Below are positions 1 to 12,220 of a DNA stretch of 64,000 nucleotides, one piece after another. Below the pieces are notes generated by a model, which was given only the letters and a program-made list of their open reading frames with translations, was not told the DNA's origin and ran no database searches. Each line of letters starts with the position of its first letter. Within the stretch, counting starts at the first letter, position 1. Made by a program: the position numbers and the translations under genes. The stretch covers positions 17,920,001 through 17,984,000 of the forward strand of contig NC_058369.1 of NCBI RefSeq assembly GCF_018350175.1, written 5' to 3'. The DNA is from Felis catus. Lineage: Eukaryota.

Positions 1-1231
1 GCGAGCCGTGGTCCTGCGCCGTCACGCGCAGGTAGTGCCGCTCCATGCTCTCGCGGTCCAGGGCAGCCTCTGTGCGAATGAGGCCGCTTAGTGGGTCAAT
101 GCTGAACAGCTCCAGAGAGCGGCTGTTCATAAGCGCAGCCAGCGAGTAAACTAGGCGCCCGGCCTCGCCTGCGTCCGGGTCCTGCGCCACTACGCGTAGC
201 ACCGCGGTGCCAGCCGCCTCGTTCTCGGGCACTAGCGCCTGATAGTTGTACTGCGGGAACTGCGGGTGGCGGTTCGCGGCGCGACGGGGGCGGATCCTGC
301 TCGCTGTGGGTATTCTCCAGATTCCCGACTGAGCCCGGATCCCCGGGGGGCGCGGCCCGGGGTGCTGCGGGAGGAAGCGGCGGCGGAAGAGACCACGCGA
401 GCGCATGCGCTCGGGCGTCGGCTCGGGAGCTGTCCGAGACTCGCGCAGTGCTGAAACAGACTCGGGAGCTGTCCTCTCTATGAGCGGTGCTGAATCCAGC
501 CCAGGGCCACATCCTATAGCCCTGGGGGGACAGTCCGGCTGGGGGGCTGTCCTCGCCGCTCGAGATGTCGCAGTTCTCTCGCTCTGACCCCTACGCCTCG
601 GTGCCCACAATTCCCCGCAGCAGCGCGTGGATCCCACTTTTTTGGGGGTGCCTCTTCCAGGATTCCTCTGGGAGAACACTGGCTTGTAACCACGGGGCCG
701 AACCAGAAGGTCCAAAGGGAAGGGAGAGCTGTTCCTCAGGCTCGGGACCCCTGGGGGCAGAGCCTCTGGAGACTGACTATCTTTTCGCAAGGGTCCTGTC
801 CGCCCGCAAGAGGAGATCTCTGGGCGCCAGCATAATAGAGCCCCTGGTCCCTGTCCTGTTCCTTGCCCGCGTCTGTCTAAAGCCTGGACCCCATATTTCG
901 CTCCCAACCCCGCGTCCGGCTGTTCAGGGAGCCCTCTACCACTCTGAGCGCTTTGCCTTCCCCCTCGGAGCCCCAAGAAGACAGGCTCCCTGACTCCCAG
1001 GCCAGGCTCTTCATCCTCTTGGACCCCGGGCGTCTCGGGACAAAGAGCTAAGGCTCCGCCGCCGGTCCGCGCCCCTGGCCCCGTAGCGGCAGCTACCCCT
1101 GGGTCCCAGCCTTGGCCCCCGTCGACCCCCAGCTCCTCTCGGCTGAGAGGGAACAAAGAGAGGAGGAGAAGGAGCAGGAGTAGTGGGGTCGTCGGCCCCC
1201 TGAGACCCCACCAAGGCGGCCGCCTCGCCAT
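1..1231 (-). CDS. CELSR3: CELSR3 exon 1, 5' part: signal peptide, N-terminal region and first cadherin repeat; continues beyond the window start
   Basis: ATG at 1231 reads MARRPPWWGLRGPTTPLLLLLLLSLFPLSREEL. Near the window start the same frame reads RRAANRHPQFPQYNYQALVPENEAAGTAVLRVVAQDPDAGEAGRLVYSLAALMNSRSLELFSIDP...LDRESMERHYLRVTAQDHGS, matching CELSR3 cadherin repeat 1. The two ends are 410 codons apart in frame. The ORF track misses it because it has no stop in the window. Confidence 0.97.
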   Translation of the reverse strand, partial: MARRPPWWGLRGPTTPLLLLLLLLSLFPLSREELGVDGGQGWDPGVAAATGPGARTGGGALALCPETPGVQEDEEPGLGVREPVFLGLRGGRQSAQSGRGLPEQPDAGLGAKYGVQALDRRGQGTGQGPGALLCWRPEISSCGRTGPLRKDSQSPEALPPGVPSLRNSSPFPLDLLVRPRGYKPVFSQRNPGRGTPKKVGSTRCCGELWAPRRRGQSERTATSRAARTAPQPDCPPRAIGCGPGLDSAPLIERTAPESVSALRESRTAPEPTPERMRSRGLFRRRFLPQHPGPRPPGIRAQSGIWRIPTASRIRPRRAANRHPQFPQYNYQALVPENEAAGTAVLRVVAQDPDAGEAGRLVYSLAALMNSRSLELFSIDPLSGLIRTEAALDRESMERHYLRVTAQDHGS

Positions 1232-1700
1232 CACCCCCCGCCTCCCCACACGGCCTCCACCGCCCCTCGCCCCGGTCCGGGCCTTGGGCCCGCCCCGCCG
1301 CTCGGGCCCCCTCCCGGGCCCCTGCCGCCGCCCCGGTCCCCCGCCTCTCGGCCTGTCGCTCCGCACCGCCTTCGCCCTCTGGGCACCATCTACTCCGCAG
1401 CCAGAGCCCCTTTGGCGTGCGGCCCCGGCTTTTGCCGCCCCCACCACAGCATCCCCGACGCGGCTGCCGCCTCCCGCCGCTCCAACATGGCTCCCGGCTT
1501 CAGCGATGGTTCGTTCCACCTCAGCCCCGAAGCCCCAAATCCTGTGGTACAGCCCGTTGCGCATGGCAAATCTGGCTGCTGAAGCCGTTGTCGCCATCTT
1601 TACTAAGGGCAAAGCATAACTGCTGCCCGCGGTGCTGAATAAGGGTTGGAAGGTTCGCCGCCCCTGGATCCACCCTCCTTGCTTTGGGACACCCCCCTCA
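1232..1700 (-). promoter_or_regulatory. CELSR3: CELSR3 CpG-island 5' UTR and proximal promoter
   Basis: Very CpG/GC-rich; YY1-type CGCCATCTT at 1592-1600, NRF1-like TGCGCATGGC at 1558-1567, GC boxes. Confidence 0.8.
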
Positions 1701-2339
1701 CCCGCCTTCCTTCTTCTAGGCGCGGTCTCAGCTCCATCTCTTACTCTTTCTTCTGTTTGCAGGTCTTTTGTTCCCCTTCCTGAGCACTAGTTCCGGACCC
1801 TGTCCTGGAGTTTAGTATGAAAATTGGTGCCAATGTTGCGGAGAGAGCGTTCCCATGACTCTTGGCAGGGGTACCATGTGGAATCCCGGGGACGCAGGGG
1901 AGGTTGACTGGATGGAGACCTGGGACACCAGACCTAAAGTTGATAGCTTGAACTGTTCGACCACTGAGTTTTAACTCGTGAAACATGTCGCGACCATCTG
2001 TTTGGAGTGTCTCTGCAGAGCAAGGACTGGAGATGACCCGCCCAGGCGTGAATAGAGAACAAACTCTTCCCTGCCTTGCTGGAACCCAGCAGTCTCCTGT
2101 GCTGGAGGCCCCTCTACTGGAGGAAACACCCTCCTCCAGGCCGCGGGTCTCGAAAGCTCTGGGATGCCACGTGGAGCCCGGCGTTGCCTTGTATAACTGC
2201 AGCCACGGCTTCCTCGGATCCCCGCCCCTCGCCCTCCACGACTGCGTCCCTTAACCCCTTGAAGGGACTAACGGAACCTCAATCCTCCTCCCACGGTTCA
2301 ATACAGTTCTCCCAGAGCTGAGCAACTCCAGGAGCAAGT

Positions 2340-3000
2340 CGGTTCCGGATGGCCAATGGGCAGATAAGGCGGAATAGACGTCACAGAAGACGACACCGGG
2401 TTGGGAGAGAACTATTGGCACAAAGGGAGGCTCCGCCCCCCGACGGCGGACTCATTGTCTTAGGGGAGGGCTCTGTGGATTCCAAGGTAGCCCAGAGAGA
2501 TAATCCCGGAGGCTCTCTGCCCCCTGGCCTGCAAAGGCAGCAGCGGCAACGCCCTGCAGCGTCATGGATAAAGGGCGCGGGCGTCCCCAGACCAAGGAGG
2601 GGTTTAGGGCGGGATCCCAGAACGTTCCAAGGGGCGCGGCTCCAGTTAGGAACTAAAGCAAAACTCCTGGCTCAGGCCTGCAGCCCACTCCAACGGTACA
2701 TATGACATCACCATCGACCAATCAGGCGGCACATTCTTCGGCCCCTCGACTTCTTCGCTTCCGGGAGGGGGGGGTTCCCGTGGGTCCCACCTCCTGAGCG
2801 CCCTACCTAGCTGTGGAAAGCTGGCAGGTGGGCTCCAGAATCTGAGGACGCCCTAAGGTCGGAACTTCATGCCGGATATACGGTCTCGGTTCCTATAGGC
2901 GTGAGGATGGAGCACTGCTGAGCCGCTGAGGCGGAACTGGGTTGGATCCGGGTCCAGTCGGTGGAGGGCCTGGAGGGGCGGGGTCAGGGACGAGGATTTG
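2340..3000. promoter_or_regulatory. Second promoter-like module upstream of CELSR3 (possible divergent promoter)
   Basis: CCAAT boxes at 2353, 2414 (reverse) and 2718; GC box at 2431; CRE-like GACGTCA near 2377; ETS-like TTCCGG; CpG-rich. Confidence 0.55.
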
Positions 3001-3857
3001 GCTGTACAGTAGCCCTCCGGGTCCACAATCTAGCGAGTGCAGGGCACGAAACTTTACACCAACAAAGGAGGGAAGCAGGAGGCATGCTAGGGGGAAGAGT
3101 ACTAGGGTCCCTGGGGAGCTGCCTCAGGCAACTTAGCGATCTGGGATGGCTTCCTGCTGGAGAAAATGCCTGAGCAGAGCCTCGAATAACCAAGAGGAAG
3201 TCTGCACCTACAGGGGAAGGAGGAGCCATCCTAGGTCTTGGAGGCTAAGTGGGCACTGTGCAGAGGGGTAAAGGAACCATGGTAGAGGGAAATCGAGCTC
3301 TGCTGTCTTCATTAGGGCTAGCAGTGGCTTCAGCTGGTGCTCCTGTAAAGAGCAAGACCTAGACCTTTCCTTAATACACTTGACTTGCGGTGTAACTGCG
3401 GTGGCCAGCCCTGTCACTCCCTAATGTTCCTGCCTCCACTGTTATCCTCTCTTTGTGGCTCCTCCTCCCCATGTGCACTCACCTCTGTGTCCCATCCCCC
3501 ACCCGCACCCCTGCCCCGCTCCAGCGGCAGCTTCTAATGTCCCCTGTAAAGACAGAAACTAAGTATTGATGATAGATCCTCCCTTCCAACAATGTTCTGG
3601 AGCAGCAGAACATTACTGGAGGAAAACATTTTACATTCATGACCACAGTCTCAATATTATATGGGAGGGGAGGGCCTAGCCAGTGCTGTAAGGCAGGAAA
3701 AATAAAAAGGTATGAGGATTGGAAAGGAAAAAATAAAACAAGCACAAGCAATAGGATTGTGTATGTAAAAATTTTTAAAGAACCATAGGTAAATTATTAG
3801 AGTGAGTTTAGTTAGCAAAGACATTGAATACAAGGTCAGTACATAAAAATCAATTGT

Positions 3858-4503
3858 TGGAGCACGTGGCTGGCTCAGTTGGTGGAGCATGCAACTCTTG
3901 GTCTTGAGGTTGTAAGCTTGAGCACCATGTTAGGTGTAGAGATTACTTAAAAATTAAATCTCTATATAAATAAATAAACTGTAATTTCTACATATCAGCA
4001 ACAGTTTAAGAAAATTTGATATGCCATTTACAAAAGCATCAAGTAACAAAATGCCAGGAATAAAGCTAATGAAAATTGTGCAACAGGGCATCAGGGTGGC
4101 TCAGTCAGTTGAGTGGCCTACTCTTCCACTCATGTCATGATCTCACTGTTTGTGAAATGGAGCCCTGCATCAAGCTCCATGCTGTCAGCAAAGGATTCTC
4201 TCTCCTTTCTCTGTGCCCCTCCTCCCTCCGCTTGCTCTCCAAATAAATGAATATTTAAAAAAACAATGTGCGGGGCACCTGGGTGGCTCAGTCGGTTGAG
4301 CGTCCGACCAGTTCAGGTCGTGATCTCACGGTTCGTGAGTTCGAGCCCTGCGTCAGGCTCTGTGCTGATGGCTCAGAGCCTGGAGCCTGCTTCCAATTCT
4401 GTGTCTCCCTCTCTCTCTGCCCCTCCCCCAGTTGTGCTCTCTCTCTCTTTCTGTCTTTCAAAAATAAATAAGTGTAAAAAAATAAAAAATAAATTTAAAA
4501 AAT
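3858..4503 (+). mobile_element. Cluster of three Can-SINEs (~3858-3980, ~4086-4265, ~4271-4503)
   Basis: GGGGCACCTGGGTGGCTCAG-type heads and A-rich tails; (CT)n linkers in the latter two. Confidence 0.9.
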
Positions 4504-4737
4504 GTGCAACACACACATGATATTGAAAGAAAGAAATACATAAATGGATGAAAAACTATCAAAAATTGGAAGATTCAATATTGTAAAGATGCCATTTCTT
4601 CCAAAATTGACATTGACATATGGTTTCAATACAACTCCAATAAAACCCCAGTTGGTTTTGTCTGTGTGCATTCGTGTGTGTGTGTGTAAACTAATAAACT
4701 AGGTTCTAAAATGAGGGCCAGGAATACCCAAGACAGT

Positions 4738-5432
4738 CTTTTTTTTTTTTTTTTTTTTTAGTTTATTTATTTATTTTGGTAGGGACAGAGACAGTGCAAG
4801 TGGGAGAGAGGTAGAGAGAGAGGGAGACAGACAGAATCCCAAGCAGGCTCTGAGCTGCCAGCACAGAGCCTGATGCGGGGCTTGAACCCGCAAAACTGTG
4901 AAATCATGATCTGAGCTGAAACCAAGAGTCAGTGACTGAGCCACCCAGGCACCCCATAGTCTTTTTTTTTTTTTTTAGGTTTTATTATTATTTTTTAAAA
5001 TAATCTCTACACCCACATGGGGCTCGAACCCACAACCCAGAAATCAAGAGTTACAAGCTCTACTGACTAAACCAGCCAGGCACCCCACCCAAGACAGCCT
5101 TGAAAACCAAAGAAGGAGGACAGTTTTTCCTCTACTGGGTATAAGAAAGCTACAGGAAACCAAGACTATGGTGCCAGTACAGGAATAGACTCCTGGAACA
5201 TAATCCAGAGATAAGCCTAAAGATGTGGGAAGCCTTGAATTTTGATGAGGTGGCTTTTTTTTTTTTTTTTAGAGTGAGCAAGTAAGGGAGAGGGGAGAGA
5301 GAGAGAGAGAGACAGTTTTAAGTAGTTTAGTATGGAGCTTGATGAGGGGCTCAATACCATGACCCTGAGATCATGACCTAAGCTGAAATCAAGGGTAGGA
5401 TGCTCAACCGACTGAGCCACCCAGGAGCCCCC
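4738..5432 (-). mobile_element. Cluster of three antisense Can-SINEs (~4738-4953, ~4961-5085, ~5253-5432)
   Basis: PolyT starts and ...TGAGCCACCCAGGCACCCC-type ends. Confidence 0.9.
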
Positions 5433-5462
5433 AAGGGTGGCTTTTAAGAGTCAACGTGAGAA

Positions 5463-5650
5463 GGGGTGCCTTGGGTGGCTCAGTCAGTTGGGCATCCACC
5501 TCTTGATTTCGGCTCAGATCATGATCTCATGGTTCGTGAGATCGATCACCATGTTGGGTTCCCTGCTGACAGCTCAGAGCCTGCTTGGGATTCTCTCTTT
5601 CTCTGCCCCTACCCCCACTCTCAAAACTAAATAAACTTAAAAAAAAAAAA
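5463..5650 (+). mobile_element. Can-SINE
   Basis: GGGTGGCTCAGTCAGTT head, polyA tail. Confidence 0.9.
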
Positions 5651-5680
5651 GAGAATCAACATGAGGAAATGACGGCCTTT

Positions 5681-5893
5681 AAAAAATTTTTTTTATGTTT
5701 ATTTTTTTTTATTTTTGAGAGAGACTGAGCATGAGTGGGGGAGGAGCAGAGAGAGGGAGACACAGAATCTGAAGCAGGCTCCAGGCTCTGAGCGGTCAGC
5801 ACAGAGCCTGATGTGGGGCTCGAACTCACGGACCGTGAGATCATGCCCTGAGCTGAAGTCGATGCTTAACAGACTGAGCCACCCAGGTGCCCC
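5681..5893 (-). mobile_element. Can-SINE (SINEC_Fc-like)
   Basis: GAGACACAGAATCTGAAGCAGGCTCCAGGCTCTGAG...CCACCCAGGTGCCCC. Confidence 0.9.
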
Positions 5894-6896
5894 TGGGCTT
5901 TTCAAAAAATGGTGCAGGGTCAGTTGGATATCTGTGTAGAAAAAAATTAAATGAGACCCCTACTTCATACTACATACATAATTCCAGATAGATTTGACAT
6001 CTGAATATGAAAGAAAGAGAACACAGCTTTGAGAAGACAATACAGAATATCTTCATGACTTTAAGCAAATATTTATTAACAGGACACAAAATGCACTAAG
6101 CACAAAGAAAACCCTGAGAAACTGGATCACATTATAACTAAGAATGTACTTTCATCAAAAGACTATGTTAAGGATGGGAGAAGATTTTGCAAAATAGATA
6201 ACCCAAGGACTCAGATGCCACATACATACTACAAATCAACAAAAAAATAGACAACCCAGCAGATGAGCAGGCCAGAGATTTGAACACGCACTTCACAAGT
6301 GATCCAAAGAACCACTAAACTAATGAAAAAGTGTTCAACCTCTTTAGCCATTAGGGAAATACAAATTGAAAAATACTACCATAGTGTACCAGAATGACTA
6401 AAAGCAAACAAAAAGAAATGGCTGACAACACCCAATTTGGGGAAAGAGGTGGAGAAGCTGGAAGTCGCGCTACTGGAGGAGCATACATTGGTACAGCTCC
6501 TTTGCAAAAACTATTTGGAGCGTTGGCTTGTGACCCTGCAGTTCCGCTCATGAAAACATATTCCCCAGTATAATGCATATGTGCAACAAGAAGACCTGTG
6601 TAACGATGTCCCTGAGAGCGCTGTTCACAATTGCCAAAAACTGGAAACTGAAAGGTCATCAGCAGTGAATAAATGAGGGTATATCCCATACAACATTGGG
6701 GGTGAACACACTGGAACCGCATACTATCGCACAGAAGAATTTCAGAAACTTAATGGTGAAGAAGCCAGACAGAAGAATTTATACTGTATGATTCCATCTG
6801 TGTAAAGTTCAAAAATAGGCAAAGCTGATCTGTAATTGCCTCTAGGGAGAAGGTCTGGAGAGGAAGGAGGAATCAGTGATTATGAAGGGGCACACA

Positions 6897-7530
6897 GGGA
6901 CGCCTGAGCAGCTCAGTCGGTTAAAGTGTCCGGCTCTTGATTTCAGCTCAGGTCATGATCTCACAGTTTGCGGGATGGAGCCCCACATCGGGCTCTGCGC
7001 TGACAGCGTAGAGCCTTCTTGGGAGTCACTCTCTGCCCCCCCCCTTCTTGTGCTCTGTCTCTTTCAAACAAACATGAAAAAATTTTTAAAAAGAGGGGGC
7101 ACCAAAGTGGGCCTTAGGGACTGGTGATACTCTATTTCTGGACTTGGGTGGTGGTGATAGCAGCATTCTCTGTCATCATTCATTCAGCTCTATTCTTTGT
7201 TTGGTGTATTTTTCATGGCTATGTTATTCTTCCATAAAAACAGAGAAAAAATGGGGTACTTGGCTGGCTCAGTCAGAAGAATATGTGACTCTTGGTCTTG
7301 GTCATGAGTTCAAAAAGAGAGAACAAAAGGGGCACCTGGGTGGCTCAGTCGGTTAAGCGTCTGACTTCAGCTCAGGTCATGTTCTCACGGTTCGTGGTTC
7401 GAGCCCCGCGCTGGGCTCTGTGCTGACAGCTCAGAGCCTGGAGCCTGCTTCGGATTCTGTGTCTCCCTCTCTGGCCCTCCCCCGCTCACACTCTGTCTCA
7501 CTCTCTCAAAAATAAACATTTAAATATTTC
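6897..7530 (+). mobile_element. Can-SINEs (~6897-7090, partial ~7252-7310, ~7328-7530)
   Basis: SINEC head, body and tail motifs. Confidence 0.88.
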
Positions 7531-9425
7531 TTTAAAAGAGAGAAAAAAAAAACATTGTTTTCAACTACTCAGAGCCTCTGTATCTTTGGGGGACTGAGCA
7601 GGCATGTGATCTTTACCCACTCCCTCACTCTGGAGTTGCCTGATGTGTGTGTGCCAGCACCATTAGGTTTCTACACCAGAGGTCAGCCCAACCCCCCAGC
7701 CCTCATTGCCCCTCAAAATGTCTTGAGTTTTTTCCCTCAGCCCCACCCAAACACCCACCCGAGTGGCTTAGTTGTCTCCCTCTGCCCTTTCTTTTGCTCA
7801 CCATGTCCCACATTTACCATCCTTCCAAGCAGCCAAAGGGGTGTTTTCTCAAAGAGTTTCCTCACTGAGGAACTCTCTGGCTAATCATATTTCCCTCTGT
7901 GGTTCTGGTTTTGTGTTGTGAGAGCACCATCGGGGTATCTGCTGAGTGGGTCCTGGAGGTCTGCACCCTCTCACAGCATCTGTTTGCTGCCAGAGGCCAG
8001 TATGTAACTTTGTCACCTGGGGCTCTCGCATCCCTTACAAACACGTGCCAGGGCCTCTTGGACAATCATACAGAAACCGGCAGGGCCTTCTGATCCTCAT
8101 GCCATGGGGCCCTCACTTTGCTCATCATAGGTGCCAGCACGGGGACAGATGGCACATCACAGCCCTGCCCTCCCAGTGTCTGTGTGTGCACAAAACAGGG
8201 AACAGAGCAAGGCATGGGGGCTGTCACAGGACCTGTGCTTTTCACTCAATTACACTATCTCAGGAGGAGAATCATGGTTCTCTCAGCACTCCAGTGAGGA
8301 AGAAGTCATGGCCGGAAGTCAGTGTCACTGACTCTGGATGTGAAGGGAAAGGCAGAATGGCTCTGGGATGAAGAGCGACCAGGCTGTGCCACACAGCTTT
8401 ACTGGGGGGCGTTTTGTCAGCCTCTCTTCAGGTCCAGCAGGGGAGCCTGTGCGTTTAACCCGAGTCAGCAGTTAAGGAAGGACATCTCATCAGCCATGAG
8501 TGCTTAGTTCCCTCATCAGTTCTCATCAGTGCTTAGTTCCCTGTCAAATATTCCTGCCTCAGCTTCCTGAGGACCTGTTTTCAGGGGACCCCACCCTAGC
8601 CCTGACCTCTCTGTGCTTCTCGCTGGATTAGACAGTCCTGTTGAGAAAATAACAGAACAGCCTTCTGCCTTCAGCCCCCCAATGAAAAAGGAAAAGTTAT
8701 GACTGGAAGTCACAGTATCGGGAACTCTGGACACGTGGAAGGGTCTTATGAGGATCGTCCTGGGTCAAAAACCAAAGGGAACTGATGAAAACCACTTCTG
8801 ACTGATGTCTGTCTGTGGGTCCCTGACTCTCCTCCCCCCATTTATGGCGAGAGCCTTTGTTAACTTGGGAGCCCACAAGGAAAATGAAGTTTTTGCCAAA
8901 CGGTCCCTAATTCTCAAACAGTAGTGCCAACTAAACCCCACAGCTGTTAAGATACTCTCCTTGCCCTACAGTAATGGCCAAATCTCTGCTGAGGCTGCAA
9001 AGTGAGGGGCTCTTGTTGGACCCACTGACAAATGAGAAAGGGAACAGAGCTGGACAGGCAGGGAGGGAGGCTGAGGCTGGGGTGGGGCCTGCTTCATTTG
9101 AGAGCAGCTATGAAGGAGAGGCTTTCAACAGGGGAGAGAGTCAGCATTCAAAGCAAAGAAAGATGTAAGTGAAGTCTGGGAGGGCAGCTGCCTACAAACG
9201 GACCACGGGGCACTCGGCTTGGCCCAGAAGCAGGAACTCAGGGAGAGAAGCTGGAACAGGGCTCAAGGAACTTTGATGGACAGACCTATCAGGGACCACC
9301 CCCTCCTTACACTGGAGAGATCAGGGCAAGCAAGTGACAAGGTCCTGAGGCCCCAGCGTCCCTGCCCATCCTCTCCCACAACAACCCAGGATCATACAGG
9401 GGAGCCTGTTTCTGGATGCCTGTGA

Positions 9426-9431
9426 TTTATT
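9426..9431 (-). promoter_or_regulatory. NCKIPSD: NCKIPSD polyadenylation signal AATAAA
   Basis: TTTATT on +, about 670 nt past the stop codon. Confidence 0.7.
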
Positions 9432-10098
9432 TCCGAAGGTGAGCTGCAGCACACGGGAAAATACACATGGCTTTTCAGTCTACATTTTTACAGAGAAAAT
9501 ATTCTGTCATTGGCTTTCTGAGTGCCATCACCCTATTCTGTGAGGCTCCAGAATAGATGGCCTGTCTCTAAGATTCTGCTTTAAAGCAGGAGCTTGGCCA
9601 AGACCCCTGGGGGTGGGAGCAAGGGAAAGCGACCCCCACGGGGAGCGGGGAGCACAGGAGAAGCACTCACTGCAAAGCTAAGGCAAAGAACAGCTGGCGG
9701 AAGGTGGCTCCCCTCACCCCAAAGACATGGCTTGCTGAGGCCCAGGACCCAGACGAGGCAGGACAGGGATGGCGGCTCTAGCCCAGCCCGGAGCAGCAGC
9801 GGGACTCTGAGTGTGTGTTTGTGCTGGGGGGGGGGAGGGGGCATGCTGAAGAGGCAGCCTACCGGGAGATGGAGGGGCTTTAGCTCACACAGGCCCTCTG
9901 CCCCAGCATAGCTCCCAGAGCGTGGTCCCCAATCCCACACTTGGCCCCTGGCACTGGCTCTACTTCAGGTGGGGGCCCTGCTCAGGTCCCTTCCACCACC
10001 ACCTCCCCCACACCGTCTGTGCAAAACATGCTTAGGGCCAAGCCTCCGCGTCCCCTGCACCCTGACCGGGGCTGCAGGGAAGGGAGGGGAGGAAGGCG

Positions 10099-10302
10099 CT
10101 AGCTGGGGTCCTCGCCCAGCACCGGGAATTCCTTGCACATCTCTCGGACAATCATGCGGTCCATCTGGCCCTGGGGCGAGGCTTCCTCTTCAGTCAGGAT
10201 GCGGCGCAGTGTGGCCTGCAGGTCGGGCAGCCGGTGGCGGTGCTGCAGGTAGGGTGTGGTGCGGATGACGGCGTGCATCAGGGAGAGGTACTCTACGCGA
10301 AG
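10099..10302 (-). CDS. NCKIPSD: NCKIPSD exon 13 (last coding exon)
   Basis: cccacag|[73 protein letters not shown] at 10101-10099. Confidence 0.95.
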   Translation of the reverse strand, partial: LRVEYLSLMHAVIRTTPYLQHRHRLPDLQATLRRILTEEEASPQGQMDRMIVREMCKEFPVLGEDPS

Positions 10303-11479
10303 CTGTGGGAGGAGCAGGTGAGCTCAGGGACCCTGGGAGGCACTGCCACTGCCACCAGACAGGAACAGGCTGCCACGTGGACCCCAGGGCTGCGGACCGC
10401 CTCACGGCACCGAAGATCAGGGCTGCATCCCCAGCGCCCACAATGTGCCTGCCACATGAACTGGCCTTCAACAGTTGCTGAGTAAGTGAATGAACGGACC
10501 ATTCCAGACACAGGCGTCCCAGAACGTGGCCAGCCCCCAGGAGTCCTGGCTCAGAAAGGCGGCAAGGGGAAACCGCCAGCTCTATCTTCCCAAAACTGAA
10601 GGCTTTCTCATGTTCTTTCTCTGACTAAAGCGCACAGCCGTCCATCTAAATGCACAGGCCAGTAACACAGCTGTCTTCTGTGACACCGCTCTCTCCCCTC
10701 TGTCGGCACACCTCATACCCAACCCACTCCTAGGACCTGGCCACCGTCCTACCTTCCACACATGCCAGAGTCCAGCTCTAACACGCCCTCTAGTCTGACA
10801 CCCCAGCTGCTCCTTTTCCCCACAGACCCCCAATCCACTGACACGATCCCAGTGCTTTTCCTCCGTCTGCCCCCCTCACCATCCCTTATTTCCCTCTTTC
10901 CCTATGGTTAGAGGACTCAATCCCTTCTCTAGGCAGCACCACCCTGTAACCCCCCAGCCTGGTCAGACCACAGCACCTGCAAATCACTGCCCAGTGTCTA
11001 AGCCCTAGACAGCCACAGAGCCGTGTGCAGGCCTCAGCTTCCTTCCCTACCGCAAGCCTCAGACGGACACGCAGCGCTGCCTTGGCTCCTGCCACTTTTC
11101 TCTGCTATGTTCGCACGCCCTTAAGAACCACGGCCCACCTCTTCTAGGCTTTCCAGACCCCAAAGCGCCCGGACAGCTGGCCTTGCGCTTCATGGAGAAA
11201 ACAGGCAATCTTTCAGAAAGCCCTTGTCTTCCCCTCGCAGCACCGACATCTCACCTGTCTCTGCCAGAATAAGCTGCCTTGGCTCCCTTTGGGGTGACGG
11301 GTGTCCCTCCGCGGCCCCGGGCCCTCCGCCGCTGCCTGATCTACTTGACTTCTGTGGTGGCCCACTCTCCCGTCAGCCATTTCTCGATGCTTGCTGGATT
11401 ATTCCCTCTGGCCCAGAGACCTGCACCAGCATCTCCTACCTCTAGAACACTTCCTGATGACTCCACATCTCCCTCAGGC

Positions 11480-12220
11480 GGACCCCCTCTTTTCTGCTCC
11501 CTTCACAGAAGAACTACAGGGGTGGTCTCCATTTACGGCTTCCAATTTCCCCCTCACTCCCCTCCAACTTCAAATTCTCTCTTAAACGTTCCATTCTTTT
11601 TCCCTCCACTCCACGGACGCTGCTTGTCAGTCACTTGGGGACTCTGTGGGGGCAATTCCAGTGGCCAATTCGCAGCCTCCGTCTTACTCAGGCTCTTAAC
11701 TGTGGAGACGGCTCATTTCCCTCCTCCTCCGAACCTTGCTTTGGGCTCCTGCTCTCTCCAGGGTTTCCTCCTGGGCTCCTCCCTACTTGCCCTCACTGTG
11801 CCCTGGGCCGAGGCCCGAGCTGCCCTCTGACCCCTCCTCCTCACACTCTAGGTGGTGGCCCTGAAACAGGCTTCCCGTCACACTGGTGCACAGGCAACTC
11901 TCCAGCGTGTCTCTCCAGTGTCCCAACTCGGCTCCACTGCCCCTGAATGTGCTCCGTACCTGGCTGTCTAACAGGTATCTTCTCAAACCTGACACGTCAA
12001 AATGCAACTCCATTTCCCCCCCAAAGAGTGTTTCCCCACCTCAGTAATCATACTTCATCCACTTGATTGCTCAACACAAGGCCAGTGGTAAGCCCTGGGA
12101 CCCACCTCCCATACCCACAAATCTGACCTCTTCCCAGGAGGCCACGGCTGGGCTGCCCTGACAGCTGCGGCTGCTTCCTCACAGACCTCCGCCTCCCCTG
12201 GGCTCATACAGTCCACACTC
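11480..12220. mobile_element. Ancient L2-like fragment(s) in the NCKIPSD last intron
   Basis: Pyrimidine-rich degenerate L2-like motifs (tccagtggccaattc; ggctgtctaacaggtatcttctcaaac). Confidence 0.5.

Larger units (their letters stand above)
3580..6880 (+). mobile_element. Old, fragmented L1 (ORF2 3' part and 3' UTR) interrupted by many SINEs
   Basis: Degenerate L1 ORF2-like segments (aaggcaggaaaaataaaaaggtatgaggattggaaagg; ggaagattcaatattgtaaagatg; gatttgaacacgcacttcacaa) and 3'-UTR-like tactgtatgattcca. Confidence 0.7.

Noticed and set aside
1284..1619. 111-aa plus-strand ORF opposite the CELSR3 leader
   Set aside because: TTG start, low complexity, CpG-island artefact.
8499..8542. Direct duplication of AGTGCTTAGTTCCCT
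   Set aside because: Only two copies of a 15-mer; most likely a local slippage duplication.
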